Assembly: GCA_031835245.2 (NCBI GenBank)
Contig: JAVKOQ020000068.1
Location: 62,001 to 126,000 of the forward strand
Direction: 5' to 3'
Source: Balamuthia mandrillaris
Lineage: Eukaryota
Length of the DNA stretch: 64,000 bases
The notes below the pieces were generated by a model, which worked only from the letters and a program-made list of their open reading frames with translations, ran no database searches and was not told the origin of the DNA. Both the position numbers and the translations under genes were made by a program. Of the stretch, positions 46,771 through 59,771 are shown piece after piece; the first letter of the stretch is position 1; each line of letters begins with the position of its first letter.

Positions 46771-46847
46771 AGTTTGTTTTGCAAAAAACAAAAAAGATGA
46801 TCGAATGAATGAAAAAAATGTTTTGAAAGGTTTGTTTTTTTGAAAGT

Positions 46848-47501
46848 TCACTTGGCTTCCTTCTTCTTCTTCTCTTTTGCTCCTTTTTGTTCTTTTGCTC
46901 CTGCTGCTGCTGCGCCACCTCCTCCTGCTGAAGAAGCAGCAGAGCTGGAAGAAGAGGAAACGGACGACTTTTCGGCCAAAAATTGCCCCCAGTCGAAACC
47001 CGGAGGGGGCACCCCGAAGGGAGAGGGCATGCGGAAGGGCTGCTTCTCCGGCAAGGGAGTGCTCACCGCCAGCTCCCTCAACGCCGGCGGCAGCTCGTTC
47101 AGCGCCGCAAACTTCTTCTCCTCCCGCAGGCGCTGCTGTTGGGCCCGCTGCTCCTGGCGCATGGAGTTGAGGGAGTGGAAGCGGGCCTCCATCTGCTGGT
47201 CCCTCTGCTGGTCTTCGGGGGAGAGGGGCTTGGGGGGAAGAGGGCGGAGGGCCCAGAGGGACTGCAGAAGGACCTTGCTGGTCTCGATGGCGTCCTCCGC
47301 GCCGGGAGGGCCTGTCCCTCGCTTGGGCGGCGAGCGGGCGGCGGCGGCGTTCTTGTTCCAGCTGGCGTAGTGGTGAGCGTGGGCGGCGGTGAGAGAAGGA
47401 GAGGAGAGGGAGTCGGAGCGCTGCATGAGCGGGGTGTTGTTGCCCCACCACCACCGGCAGGGGCTGCCGCTTGGAGCGATCCGTGTTACTCGCCGTTGCA
47501 T
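46848..47501 (-). CDS. Probable mitochondrial ribosomal protein (mL40-like), single exon
   Basis: 217-aa ORF with presequence-like N-terminus; helical QQQRLREEKKFAALNELPPALRELA then P-rich motif. Family call from weak motif recall. Confidence 0.5.
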   Translation of the reverse strand: MQRRVTRIAPSGSPCRWWWGNNTPLMQRSDSLSSPSLTAAHAHHYASWNKNAAAARSPPKRGTGPPGAEDAIETSKVLLQSLWALRPLPPKPLSPEDQQRDQQMEARFHSLNSMRQEQRAQQQRLREEKKFAALNELPPALRELAVSTPLPEKQPFRMPSPFGVPPPGFDWGQFLAEKSSVSSSSSSAASSAGGGGAAAAGAKEQKGAKEKKKKEAK

Positions 47502-48293
47502 CTCTCTTCTTTCCTTTCTTTTTTTTGCTCTCTACTTTGTCCAAGCATAATAGGTTGCGTTTTGGTAACTCATATTAGATAATATCGTAATATGTATTAC
47601 CTATTAGGAACTGGTGTCATTTAGATTGTTTCTTGCCCTTTTAACCAACCTCGTCCATGTCGGACTAGTAGGTGGCCACAAGAAAAACATAAGATGACTG
47701 CGGACAAAGGCAGAGAGGGAGCGACGATGGACGGCGTTTATGGTGCACCATCCTCAGGTGAAAGTTGGATTGGCCCGATCCCTCCAGAAAGGGCGGAATT
47801 TTTAACAATCGGAACATGCGTCCAAGCCTTTGCGTAAGTTGGAGGTGGGTCCTCCTCTAATTTTTTTTTAAACTATAAAGGAAGCGGGCAAAAGCTGTCC
47901 TTAGTTTTGCAGCCACAAAAAATCTTTTCACCAAAATGATATACCCGTGCACATGCTTTTTGTCTTTACTCACAAACTAACAAGGGTCAGTGTGTTCTTT
48001 TCCATCCATGCTTTTTCCATTTCTTTTTTTTTTTGACCTTCCTTAAAGTGACCTTTCCCTTTTGTTGGCCGAAGGGCCATAATTTGGTACCATATATGGA
48101 CCCTCCTATAGGGCCGGAAAAGGAATGGTGGACCGCTGTGTGCCTGTTCGTGGTGCAAACTGCACGGCCCTGGGGGGGAGGGGAGAAGCGGTTCTTCTTG
48201 GGAGAACGAAGCCAAAGCAAAGCAAAGCAACGCAGCGGGTCGACCATTTGGGAAGCGATTAGACTGGGTCCCAGTGGGGTTGTGAGAAAGGAG

Positions 48294-51200
48294 ATGGCTG
48301 GCGCACAATTGAGGGTGATGTTGGCGGTGGCTGCCCTGGCTTTTTGTTGTTTCCGGTGTCAAGTGCAAGGTAAGAAGGGCCTTTTTTTTTGGTCCTTTCG
48401 CATCTTTCCTCTCCTTTTCCATCCCGTTGACCGCTATTGTTTTCTCTCCGGGAATCCTTACAGGCGCCACCTGCAACAACGAGGTAACGTGTCCGCCGGT
48501 GGACATAGTTTTCGTGTTCGATACTTCCGGAAGCATGAACGACCAGGCCAAGCTGGTGTGTACCTCAAAAGACGCCATAGTCTCCGCGTTGGAGGAAGAG
48601 GACATCCAGATCGTCAACTCCAGGGTCAAGGCCATCGGTGTTGCCTGGTATAAAGTGTCCGACCTCGTTTACATCAAGGACGGTGAATACTATCCTACCA
48701 ACGACAGGTTTCCTTGTTTGACTAGCGATGTGACCCGTGACTACAATGGCAATCCGCCAATTCCCTTCATCGACAGCAACAACGACCCAAACTACAAGGG
48801 AGTGGGGAAGGGTTGCAGGTTTCCTGCAGTGGCGGACAATCGAGACCAGCTCTCTGTTGACGATGGAACAAGCAACGATGAGTCCTGGGGACCGGCTGTT
48901 GCCATGATAGCAAAACGGCACTCGTGGGCGGCAGGAGCCTTGCGCGTTATCATCCCGGTCTCCGATGAAGGACCTTGCAACGGCGGAACGGGAACAAAAG
49001 GCTCTGGGAAGGGAATTGACGGCATGGACGACCTGGTCATTCGCAACGCCATAGGTGCCTTTCTCTTCTTTTTTCTGTGCTTTGTGTTTTTGTTGTCTCT
49101 TGTGTCGAATGTTTTCCTCTTTCTTGGCTTGTTCGTGTTGTTGCTTTCTTGTCGTTTCCTTGTTTTAGCTGTTACTCTCGCGGTGTTTCTTTGTTGTGGT
49201 TCCCTTCTTTTACGAGCGGTTGGTTTACGATGGAGTATTTCTCATGCAGACGTGGCCAAGGATGAAAACGTGGTTGTGAGCCCACTTATAGGAAGTGCAA
49301 AAGTGGGAACAGACATCAGTGAAGTTATTAAGTACATGAAATCTTTAGCTGAAGCCACTGGAGGAGCGGTAGGCGAAGTTGGGAGCACGGGCAACATCGT
49401 GGAGCGCATCAAGAAGGTGGTACGCGCAGCGTGCCAGGAATCCAAAAACTGCAACGACTTCGACGCATGCACCACCAACGATCTTTGCGTGACCACCAGC
49501 AGCGGGCAGGTGTGCAAGGGCACGCCCAAGAAGGACTGCGCAGCGGGAGAAGTCTTGCAACTCACGGCGGGAGGCACCTGCCAATGCCAGTGCAAGTGGA
49601 CCTCCGACGCTGACTGTAAAGCCCAATTCGGAGCAAACTATAAGAAGAAATCTACAGGCTGTGGTTGCGTTTGCGGGCTAAACGATGCAGAGTGCAAGAA
49701 ACAAGGACCTGACACTAACTTCAACGGCAACACATGTACTTGCAACTGTCCTATCACCAGCGGCCAAGTATGCAAAGACAGGTTGGGGCAGGACTGGGGC
49801 AAGATCTCGGGCAAGTGTGGTTGCGAGTGCAAGCTCACGGATGATATCTGCGAATCCAGGGGAGGACCCTTCGCCAAAGCGGACTTAGGGTCCTGCACTT
49901 GTGGCTGCAGCTTGGACAACAGCAAGTGCGCCAACAAGAATGGAGGCAACAACAACTTTATCAAGGATCCTACCCAGTGCGACTGCAAGTGTCGCCTCAG
50001 CGAGAGCCTTTGCAAACAGGAACATGGTCCAGAGGCCGTGTTCGATTCCAACTCTTGTTCTTGCTCTTGCCCAGCCACGGATAGTTGGTGCACCGACCAG
50101 TTCGGTGCTGACTCGAAAAAAACAGATGGAGCGTGTGGCTGCACTTGCAAGCTCAGCGATGCCGATTGCAAGACCAGGCATGGGGCATTCTCTGTGGCCA
50201 GCGCTGGCACTTGCACATGCAACTGCCCCCTCGATGACGGCACTTGCGCCAGAGACCACGGAGGCAACGCCAACTGGATCAAGGACAACAGCGTGTGCGA
50301 CTGCAAGTGTCGCCTCAGCGAGAGCCTTTGCAAACAGGAACATGGTCCAGAGGCCGTGTTCGATGCCAATTCCTGCTCTTGCTCTTGTCCAGCCAGCAAC
50401 AATGCCAATTACTGCCCCAACCTCCACAACAACGCAAACTGGATCAAGGACGGCAGCATGTGCGACTGCAAGTGTCGGCTCAGCGAGAGCCTTTGCAAAG
50501 AGGAAACCGGGGCGAGGGCCACCTTCGACTCCAACTCTTGCTCCTGTGCTTGCCCAGTCAACGACGCCTCGTGTAGCAGCAACGTTGGCGGGGACTGGAG
50601 GAAGATGGCGGATCGGTGTGACTGCGAGTGCAAGTTAATGGACGATGAGTGTCAAGCTCGTAAGGGACCGCTTGCTGAAGCCAATACTGACACCTGTACG
50701 TGCGACTGTGTTCTCACTCCTGCCATTTGCCAAGAAGAGGAAGGTCCCAATTACTTACCTGGTGCTGAGTTCTGCAACTGCGTTTGCGGTTTGGACCAAG
50801 CCGCTTGCCAGGAAACCAACGGCCATGAGGCAAAGTTCCTCCCTGAGTCGTGCGAATGCAGCTGCCCCATTGACGAAGCCTGGTGTAAGGAGGAGAAAGG
50901 AAACACCTACAAGAAAAAGGCTGGATCTTGCGAGTGCGAGTGCGGTCTCACTCAAGACGATTGTGCCTTGACTTTTGGCCAACACGGTCGTCTGGACAAT
51001 GAGAACTGCAAATGCATGTGCGAGCTGGATGACGCCGCTTGTCAACAAGAACTCGGACCTAGCGCTGTTCTTCTTGAGGAATCCTGCGAATGCAGTTGTC
51101 CTGTATCAGCCGAGTTTTGTCAAGCCGAATTGGGGGAGTTCTGGAGGGAAGACATTGCGGGTTGTAAGTGCATCTGCGGGGTGACCGAGGAGATATGTCA

Positions 51201-51370
51201 AGAAGCGAACCCCGCGTTCTTGGTGGATGAAGAGGCGTGTGGATGCAAGTGTAATGTGAATGAGACTCTTTGTCATGCAGGCGAGGACTTTGATGAATCC
51301 AACTGTGTTTGCGTGAGCAACCCTGGAGGTTCCTCCGATAACAACGGTATGGTCTTCTCTCACGCTCTCG

Positions 51371-51409
<39 letters not shown>

Positions 51410-51660
51410 GAAACGATAACTGAAGTTCGTTATAAACAGCCGTAGTAGGGGGAGCAGTTGGAGGTAGTCTTGCAGCGGTTGCTGCCGCTGGCGCAGGAGC
51501 AGCAGCGGCGGCATTCATGTGGCGAAAGAGAAAGCAAAAGATGCGAGCACAGGTTACCACCTCCCTCAGCTCCGCTGTTCCAGACAGTTCGATTCTCTCC
51601 AACCCGCTGTTTTCTGGAAGCACCTTCACAAACTCTGAAGTCTACGAAGGAGGACAGTAA
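48294..51660 (+). CDS. Type I membrane receptor: vWA/integrin beta-I-like domain + CxCxC cysteine-rich stalk + Gly/Ala TM + NPxF tail (Sib/integrin-beta-like)
   Basis: Signal peptide exon; VDIVFVFDTSGSM MIDAS; WAAGALRVIIPVSDEGP; >20 C-x-C-x-C repeats; last exon AVVGGAVGGSLAAVAAAGAGAAAAAFMWRKRK...NPLF...NSEVY. Confidence 0.85.
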
Positions 51661-52066
51661 GCAACACGTGTGTGCAAACTAGTTTAGCTTGTGAACAGAT
51701 GGTACCAGCAAATAAGACCAATGTACATCTCGGCGTATTAAAAACCATTTCTTTTTCCCTTCTTCCAACCTTCAATGCAAGGAGAACGAATGAACTGGAA
51801 GATGAATACAAAAGAACACAGAATGAAGAAAAAAGAAAAGAATAGTTATTCTATCATTGTGACAACAACGTGGTTATGTAAAACAATGTTAGGACAGAGC
51901 CACATCAACATACGAAGAGAATCTCCCTTCTTCTGGCGGTCGTGTCCCGTTTGCACCGCTGGTGAACTATAGTTTAATTAAAGACGGAAGTTACTCTACG
52001 TAAGCCCAGTAACTTTGGTCTTTGTCACAGCATTATCTACCAGTCTCCAACGGTCAGAAAAATGCC

Positions 52067-53427
52067 CTAATGCAAATGAGGTGTGCTCCTGTCATGATCA
52101 TGTTGTTCAGCTCCCATCTCCATGTCTGCTTCGTCCTCCGAATCTTCGCTTCCACTTAACAGGATAGGGGACAAGCTGACTACTTTGTCCACGCTGTCCG
52201 GCAATCCTCTGTGTCTTCCCATCAGCATCACGAACATGATCATCCACTTGGAGAATGTGTTCAAAGCGCCGCTGAAGGAAGAGAGCAACCCAGGATAACC
52301 CAAAGACATGCCCACGGTGCCATAGGCGCTGGTCACCTCGAAGAGGATCTTCATGAAGGTGAAGTTTTGGTCATAGTTTATTGCGTTGAGGCGGTCGCTC
52401 TCGGATATGCAGATGGAGATCCAAGCAAGAAAGACCCAGAAGAGATCCCAAAGGAGCAGCCGCTTTGCCTGGAAGACCACGCTACGTTGCACTTTTTCCT
52501 CTTCATCTTTGTTTTCCAATGAAAAGGAGTCTATTCAGGAAACAAAGCGAAGTGAAAAAGTAAGTCAAACAACCAATGTAGTAGAAGATTAACTAAAGAA
52601 GCAGGAGGAGAAAGAATCCAGCGGGCTGAGTAGGAGCAGAAAAACAAAAAGAACTGCAAGAAGGAGATGGGCGAAAAACACCAACAAAGAAACTGATGGT
52701 ACCTAAATGTGCGGAGTGGCGCAAGGTGATGATGGTGGGAAAGGCAGACACGTACATCAACCCAACGTACAAGGCCTGCATGCCTGGGTTCAGCAAGTTG
52801 ATGTCTATGCAATTGAACCCAGCTGCGCGCGCAAAGACGGATTGAGCAAAACCATTGCTGAGCTTGTCGTAGGCGTCCATGCCGTCCACCGCCTCTGAGT
52901 TCCAATCCAGTGCGAGGAAGAGTACGTATTCCGTCAGCGTGAGAGCTATCAGCATGGCTAACAGCCACCGTGTGTGGGCTGAGGGAAAAAGATGTGTAGT
53001 GCATCTCCGGGGATGGCTAAGGAGGTAATGATAGACCTCCTCTCTTTCATGATCTGGCCCATTCTTGTTCTTTCTGTGGGTTTTTTTCCACAACAAGAAA
53101 CGATAGTAGAGCCACAGAAGCAAGCGAAGAACCACAGGATAGGCCATATTGCCAAAGAGGGTCACCATTGCCATCGTGGTCAAGAAGAAGGAGCTGCGGT
53201 TGAATTTCATCAAGCTGTCGGGCATGGTGGAGTATCCAGCATTGTTGAAGGCGGAGAGGGCATGGAAGATGGACCACCACCACGGGTTGTTGTCATTGTC
53301 CTCCAGCACTTTCCTGTACGTGGGGGAGAAGTGTGCGAAAATGGCCAATAGTACGAAGGTGCCTAATTGCAAAGTGATAAAGTATGCTGGAATCCATACC
53401 AACAATCTTTTGAGAGAAATGAGAGAC

Positions 53428-53459
<32 letters not shown>

Positions 53460-54401
53460 TTAGAAGACTAAAGAAGCGAAAACTAAATATCGAAGAGAAG
53501 AGAACCGAAGCAAGGCTCGAAACTCGGTGCGCCCTCTAAAATTCTGTGTTTCATCTAAGACGCTGGTTAGGCTAAAGCTTCGCTGAAGGTGTGCTTTTTT
53601 GAGGGTTTTTCTTGCCCGTCGCATCATGGTCCACCACCGAATAAGGACAGGAAACATGCTTTCCATAATAGCTCCTCCGCAAAAGATGAGCGCATAGATT
53701 ACCATCTTCAACATTATGAAGGTAAAATACATGAAGATAGGAGAGAAAGAAGAATGAGTGCGTAGGCAAGTAACAAAACGGAGTTCAGTAGAAGACAGAG
53801 GGAAAGAGACGAAGCTCCAATTACCACTAAGAGAAGAGATAGAGCAAGAGATCGGAGACGCAGAGAAGAGGAGAGGAGAGAAGAAAGAGACAACGAGCAT
53901 AACAGAAGAGAAGAAGAGAAGCAGGGAACGGGAGAACGAGAGAAGAGCAAAGGAACGAACTTGAGAAGCCAAACGGAGAGATGCCGTGTCCTGAGTGGAA
54001 AGACCAGTCACAGTTACCGCCGAAATGCTGAAGAATAAGGCATCTGTGAAGACCAAGTCCATGTTTCCAGTCTCCAGCAACACGAGGAGAACAGCCCCGA
54101 AGCCGGACAACAGCACAAAGGCCAAGAAATGGACCCGGAAGTACGACACAAATGTGCCGGCCCTCCATTTGGTCGGGTTGGTAATGACGCTCCACCAGGT
54201 ATCTTTCTCTTCCTCGGGCTCGTTCTGGAGTATCTCTTTTTGCGCGGAGGTGGAGTCCGTTGGTTCTGGTTTTTCCGGAGCTTGTTCTCCGTCCGGCGCT
54301 GTGGCATAGGAGGCATCCGCGGCGGTGTCACCGGGGAGGCCGTCCTCCGGGTCGTCGTCGGCTTGGCCGCCGTCCTCGAGCGTGTCCCCAGCTGCGTACA
54401 T
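52067..54401 (-). CDS. Trk/HKT/Ktr cation (K+) transporter, paralog A, multi-exon
   Basis: Four pore loops SAVTVTGLS, SAFNNAGYS, FARAAGFN, SAYGTVGMSLGY; C-terminal MLMGRHRGLP. Confidence 0.93.
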
Positions 54402-55084
54402 GTGCCCTGTTCTCCCTCCACCTTCTGCTCCTCTTCCTCGGTGCCTTCCCTAGGAACAGATGCACGCCTTCCTCGGCAGCTTGGTTCAAAAGGTTTGTTT
54501 TTTTTAGGAGTACCTACTCTCCGCCCTTCCGCTTTCAGGATCAGGATGAGGGAGTCGCCTTAAGCCTACGGCAAGGGTGGACCTTGGGGTCGCATGTCCT
54601 TTTTGTCTTTTTGTGGTACGCGGCGCCATCCTTCCTGCCGAACGACTCGTTCAACCTCAAGGAGCAGTGAGGGGTCGACACCCCTTCGTTGTTTTTGGGG
54701 GTCCTAAAAATTTCGAATGATCTAGAACAGATACAATCAAAGCACCAATGAGAAATCAAAGTACTGCTACCATAAATAGATAAATTAAACTTTTTTGGGA
54801 ATTCCTAAATCTTGATTTACCATAAACGTACCTCCTTAGCAACCTTAACGCGTTTGTTTGTGCTCCTAAAAGGAGTTCGAGGGACGCGCCATCTGCATTG
54901 GACTGTCCTGGTTTTGGGGACCAACCGTGTTGTTGAACGACTCAGCCCCTGGCCCACTGCGGCCCCTACCGGACATGACAAAGGAAGGGCAGTGTCCTCC
55001 TGACCTTACAGCAACCCTTTTGAACCCCAAGAGAAGAAAGAAAAAAAAGGAACAAGCGAAGAACAAGGCAGGAGGGAGACCCTC

Positions 55085-57378
55085 ATGAGTAACGATGACC
55101 TCGCAGACGGTCATGCCGATGCAGATGACCAGCCGCAACCAGAGCACCACCTCCGCAGCAACCTTTGCCGCTCCCTCTACTACAGACGACGAACAACCAC
55201 CACAAACTACCACGAAAGAAGAGCTGGTGAGTGGTGTGGAGACAACTTCGGCAGCCCCTGCCCCTGCCGACCAGCTCAAGGATGTTGAGGGAAAAAATTA
55301 TTGGAAGGGGGTCCTTGCCAGGGTCAAAGCGTGGAGGGCAAGGACCGTGGTGTCCTACTTCCGGATCCATTTCATGGCGTTTGCTCTGTTGTCCTTAGTT
55401 GGTGGTTTGCTTATCTTTTTGCTGGAGATTGGGAACATGGACTTGAACTTCACGGACGCCCTGTTCTTCAGCACCTCGGCGCTTACCGTGACTGGTCTTT
55501 CTACTCAGGACACGGCCTCACTTCGTGTTGCTTCTCAGGCAAGTTTTTAGTTTCTCAAAGCATCTTATTCTTTGTTTCTTGATTGGAGTTTCATTCCTTC
55601 TTTCTTGCTTAACTTTCTTTTGTTCTTTTGTTCTTTTTCTCTTCCTTTGCTTGTACTTCTTCTTCCCGTTCTTCCTCTCTTGCTCGTCTTTTCTGTTCGT
55701 CTTTTGTTCATCCTCATGCCCTGTGTCGAAACAAAAAGGTGGTAATCTATTTGCTCATCTTCTGTGGAGGAGCCATCCTGGAAAGCATGTTCCCACTCTT
55801 CCTTCGTTGGTGGACCATGGTACATCGGGCCTCGGTCACCCTTAAAAGAGCGCAACGCAGGAGGAAGGTTGAGGTTGGGTCCCGCCTAACAAACGCGTTC
55901 GAAGAGGGACAAAAGGTCCGAGGACGTACCGAGTTTCGAGCGTTGCTACAGTTTGTGTCTCTCTTACCTCTTTCTCAGAGTGAGCACTTTGGAACTCATT
56001 TTTCTTTCCATTCGCCACAAAGCTTGATGATATGGATTACAGCATACTTCTTCTCCATTCAATTGGGCGCTTTCCTGATGTTGGGCTTCTTCGGCCAATT
56101 CCCTCCACGTACAGGGAAGCGCTGGAGGACAATGACAACAACCCGTGGTGGTGGTCCATCTTCCATGCCCTCTCCGCTCTGAACAATGCAGGATTCTCCA
56201 CCATGCCTGACAATTTGATGCAATTCAACCGCAGCACCTTCTTCCTAACGCTGATCTCAGTGTTGGTGCTCTTTGGCAACACAGCCTACCCTTTGGTTCT
56301 TCGCCTGCTCCTCTGGCTCTATTATCGTCTCTTACTGTGGCGTAATGCCAAGAGGAAGAAGAACAAGAACGCGGACGACGATCGACTGCCAGTCTATCGT
56401 TACCTCTTGAGCCATCCTCGAAGGTGCACCACTCATCTCTTTCCTGCGACTCACTCATGGTGGCTGTTAGCCATGCTGATTGCTCTCACGCTGACGGAAT
56501 ACACACTCTTCCTCGCACTGGATTGGAACTCAGAGGCGGTGGACGGCATGGACGCCTACGACAAGCTCAGCAATGGCTTTGCTCAATCCGTCTTCACCCG
56601 AACGGCTGGGTTCAACAGCATCGACATCTCCTTGTTGAACCCAGGCATGCAGGCCTTGTACGTCGGGTTGATGTACATTTCTGCCTTTCCCACCATCATC
56701 ACCTTGCGCAAATCCGTCCATTTGGGTATGGTGGTTTCCTTCATGTCTTACTTCCTGTCTTCTGCTTTCCGCGTTCTGCTCTGCCTTTTCTTGCTGTTCT
56801 GGTGTCATTCACTCTCCCTCTGCGCTAACTTCTTCCTCTCAGATTCTTTTTGCGTGGAAAAAGCGGACGAAGAAGAGAAAAAGCAACGGAGCGTGGTCTT
56901 CCAAGCCAAACGCCTGCTCCTCTGGGATCTCTTCTGGGTCTTCTTCGCTTGGGTTAGCATTTGCATCGCTGAGAGCGACCGCCTCAACGCCAACTTTGAC
57001 GAGAAGGACTTTGACCCCAACTTCACCTTCATGAAGATCCTCTTCGAGGTGGCCAGCGCCTATGGCACCGTGGGGCTGTCTTTAGGATATCCTGGGTTGC
57101 TCTCTTCCTTCAGCGGCACCTTGGGCACGTTCTCCAAGTGGATGATCATGTTCGTGATGTTGATGGGAAGACACAGAGGATTGCCGGACAGCGTGGACAA
57201 AGTAGTCAGCTTGTCCCCTGTCTTGGTGACTAGAAGTGACGAAGAGGAGGTGGAGGAAGAAGAAGAAGAACAAGAAGAACAAGAAGAAGAACAACAAGAA
57301 GAAGAAGCAGAAGAAGAACAAGAAGAAGAGGAGGAGGACGTGGAAATGACGGTTGTTCATGTTGCAAAGAAGAAGTGA
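55085..57378 (+). CDS. Trk/HKT/Ktr cation transporter, paralog B (two apparent frameshifts; possibly pseudogene)
   Basis: SALTVTGLS, SALNNAGFS, FTRTAGFN, SAYGTVGLSLGY, GRHRGLP; frame changes near 55143 and 56100. Confidence 0.85.
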
Positions 57379-57447
57379 AAGAGCTTCACACCTCAAGCAA
57401 ACAAAAAAGAGCATCCATCACCTCTCGCTGACTCTCTTACCTTTCTT

Positions 57448-59230
57448 TTACTTGCACGCCACAATGTCATCAATCTTCAACATCGCCACCGTGTTTTCCG
57501 TCGCCAAGCTGATGCAACTGGTGCTGACCAACAAGGGCTGCACCACGTTCTCCTCCAAAATGTTGCTGATGATGCCCTTCCTCACATTGATCCCCGCCGT
57601 CTTCTCTCCCTGGGCATGCCTGTTCCTCAGGTTGGTGACAATGGCGATGGGGTGCAGCCCCGCGTTCTCCGCTAGTGTGTAGGGCACGATCTCCAGGCTC
57701 TCCGCAAAGGCCCTCACGCAGTAGCCATGCTTGCCCTGCAGCGTCTTGGCCCACTCGCCCAGCTGCAGGCTGACCTCAATCTCGGGGGCACCCCCGCCGG
57801 CTATCAAAAACTTTTGCTTGACCAGGGAGCGGATGACGCAGAGGGCGTCGTGGAGGGAGCGCTCGGCCTCGTCGATGACCAGCTGGTTGGAACCGCGCAC
57901 CACGACAGTCACGGTCTTGCCGGGGTTGGGCACGCCAGTGATTTTGACGAGGGAGCCGCCGCTGGTGCTTACCTCCTCTACGAGCTTGGCAGAGCCGAGC
58001 TTGTCGGCCACAAAGCCCTCGATGCTTGCAATCGGTTTGCAGCCAAGGGTCTTTTTTTAAGAAAAGAGAGGCAACGATTGTAAGACATAAAGCAGTATGA
58101 AAACATAAAAAAAAAAAGCTAACGAAAAAGAAGAACAGCAGAAAGAAAAGCAAGAATGAAAAAGGAAAGAATAAGAAGAATAAGTACGTACTCTGCAAAT
58201 AAACTCAATGTCTTCTCGTTCGACGTCTTTGACGACGAGGATCTTCAATTTGGCGAGGAAGTGGAGGGAGAGGTCGCTGACGGCGTCACGCAGGATGGAT
58301 TTTTGAATGAGGAGGACGTTACAGCCAGTTTTCTTGATTTTGTTGCACATGTCGAGCAAGTATTTGCGTTCCTCACGCAAAATGCGGTCCATTTGTGTGT
58401 AGTCTTCAATAAATACGCTATTGTCCATCTTTTTTTTTTTTCGATTGTAAGAACAAAATGAAGACAAAAAAAAACGACAAGAAAGAATAGAAGAATGAGA
58501 AAAAAGGATGAAGCAACTTACGTTTGTTTTGGGAGGTGAAAGTTGGAATTGAATGAGACCGATCTTGGCGTTTTCTACCATGGATGGTCCTCCAGCCGAC
58601 TTAACAGCTTTCTGTGTAAAGACGAGGCCATCCACGAGCTCTGTGTCGTCGATGAGGCCACCAAGTTTGGAAACGATCTTGATGTCGCGAAGGTCCACGT
58701 TGGTTGCTGTCTTCGGATCGATAACTTGGAGGACAGCATTGACCGCCAACGGAGCCAACAAGTTGGAATATTGAGACACGACCTGTGCAATATGCAACAT
58801 ATGAGCAAAAGTGTGAGAAAGAGGGAAAAGAAAATGAGAAGAGAAAAAGAAAACAGAAGATAGAGCTGAAGAGAAGGAAACAGAGACAAAGGATGGGAAA
58901 GTTGGTTATAAACGGAGAAAGTACCTTTGAGTTGAGGGCTGTGATAGCGCTCTTGAGGAGGGACTCGCGGTCGGTGAGTTCAACGGGAGTGGACATGTCC
59001 TTCATGATCTCCACAGCCTTCTGTTTGGCCAGCAAGAAGGACTCAGCAATGGTGGTGGGGTGGATACCCTTGTTGAGCAGCGTTTGGGCCGCGCCCAACA
59101 AAGCACCAGCGATGACGACCACTGAAGTGGTGCCATCTCCGGCTTCGGCATCTTGGGACTTGGAGAGCTCCACCATCTGTTACGAATGTATTTTTCTCAG
59201 TGAGAATACAGAAGAGAGAGAGAGAGAGAA

Positions 59231-59271
<41 letters not shown>

Positions 59272-59771
59272 GCCCGCAAATAACATAGAGGAGAAGAAAG
59301 AAGACACACCATTTTGGCAGCGGGATGAATAACTTCGAGTTTGTCTAGGATGGTAGCTCCATCGTTGCTGATAATTACGTCTCCGGAAGAAGACACGATC
59401 TGTTGAATCGAAAAAAACAGGAAGCGAGATTGATTGCGTTAGCGTCACATCAAAGCAAAAAAAAAAAGAAGGCACATACCATTTTGTCCATTCCCTTGGG
59501 GCCAAGACTTGTTCGGACGGTATCAGCCACAGCTAGAAATTTTTAAAAAGAAAAAAGAAACAGTGAACACAAGTGACTCTCATCCACCACCACCAATCCT
59601 CCACTCAAAAATAATAAGAACTAAAAAAATAATAAAATGCGAACCTTTGGCGGCAGCGATGTTGCTCGCTCTCACATCCTTTTCCTTCTCGCCGTCCTTG
59701 AACTGCTTGTTACTACCGTGTGAGGGAACAGCTCCCTTGGACGATCCCGCGCTCGAAGTAGCAGCTTGCAT
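57448..59771 (-). CDS. CCT4: T-complex protein 1 subunit delta, multi-exon
   Basis: [100 protein letters not shown]. Confidence 0.96.

Noticed and set aside
45644..47501. Mitoribosomal gene pair as a functional cluster
   Set aside because: Convergent orientation with no shared promoter, and the second family call is weak; adjacency may be chance.
47600..47900. Possible ncRNA upstream of the vWA receptor
   Set aside because: No convincing helices; contains ATTGG, GGGCGG and TATAAA, consistent with an ordinary Pol II promoter.
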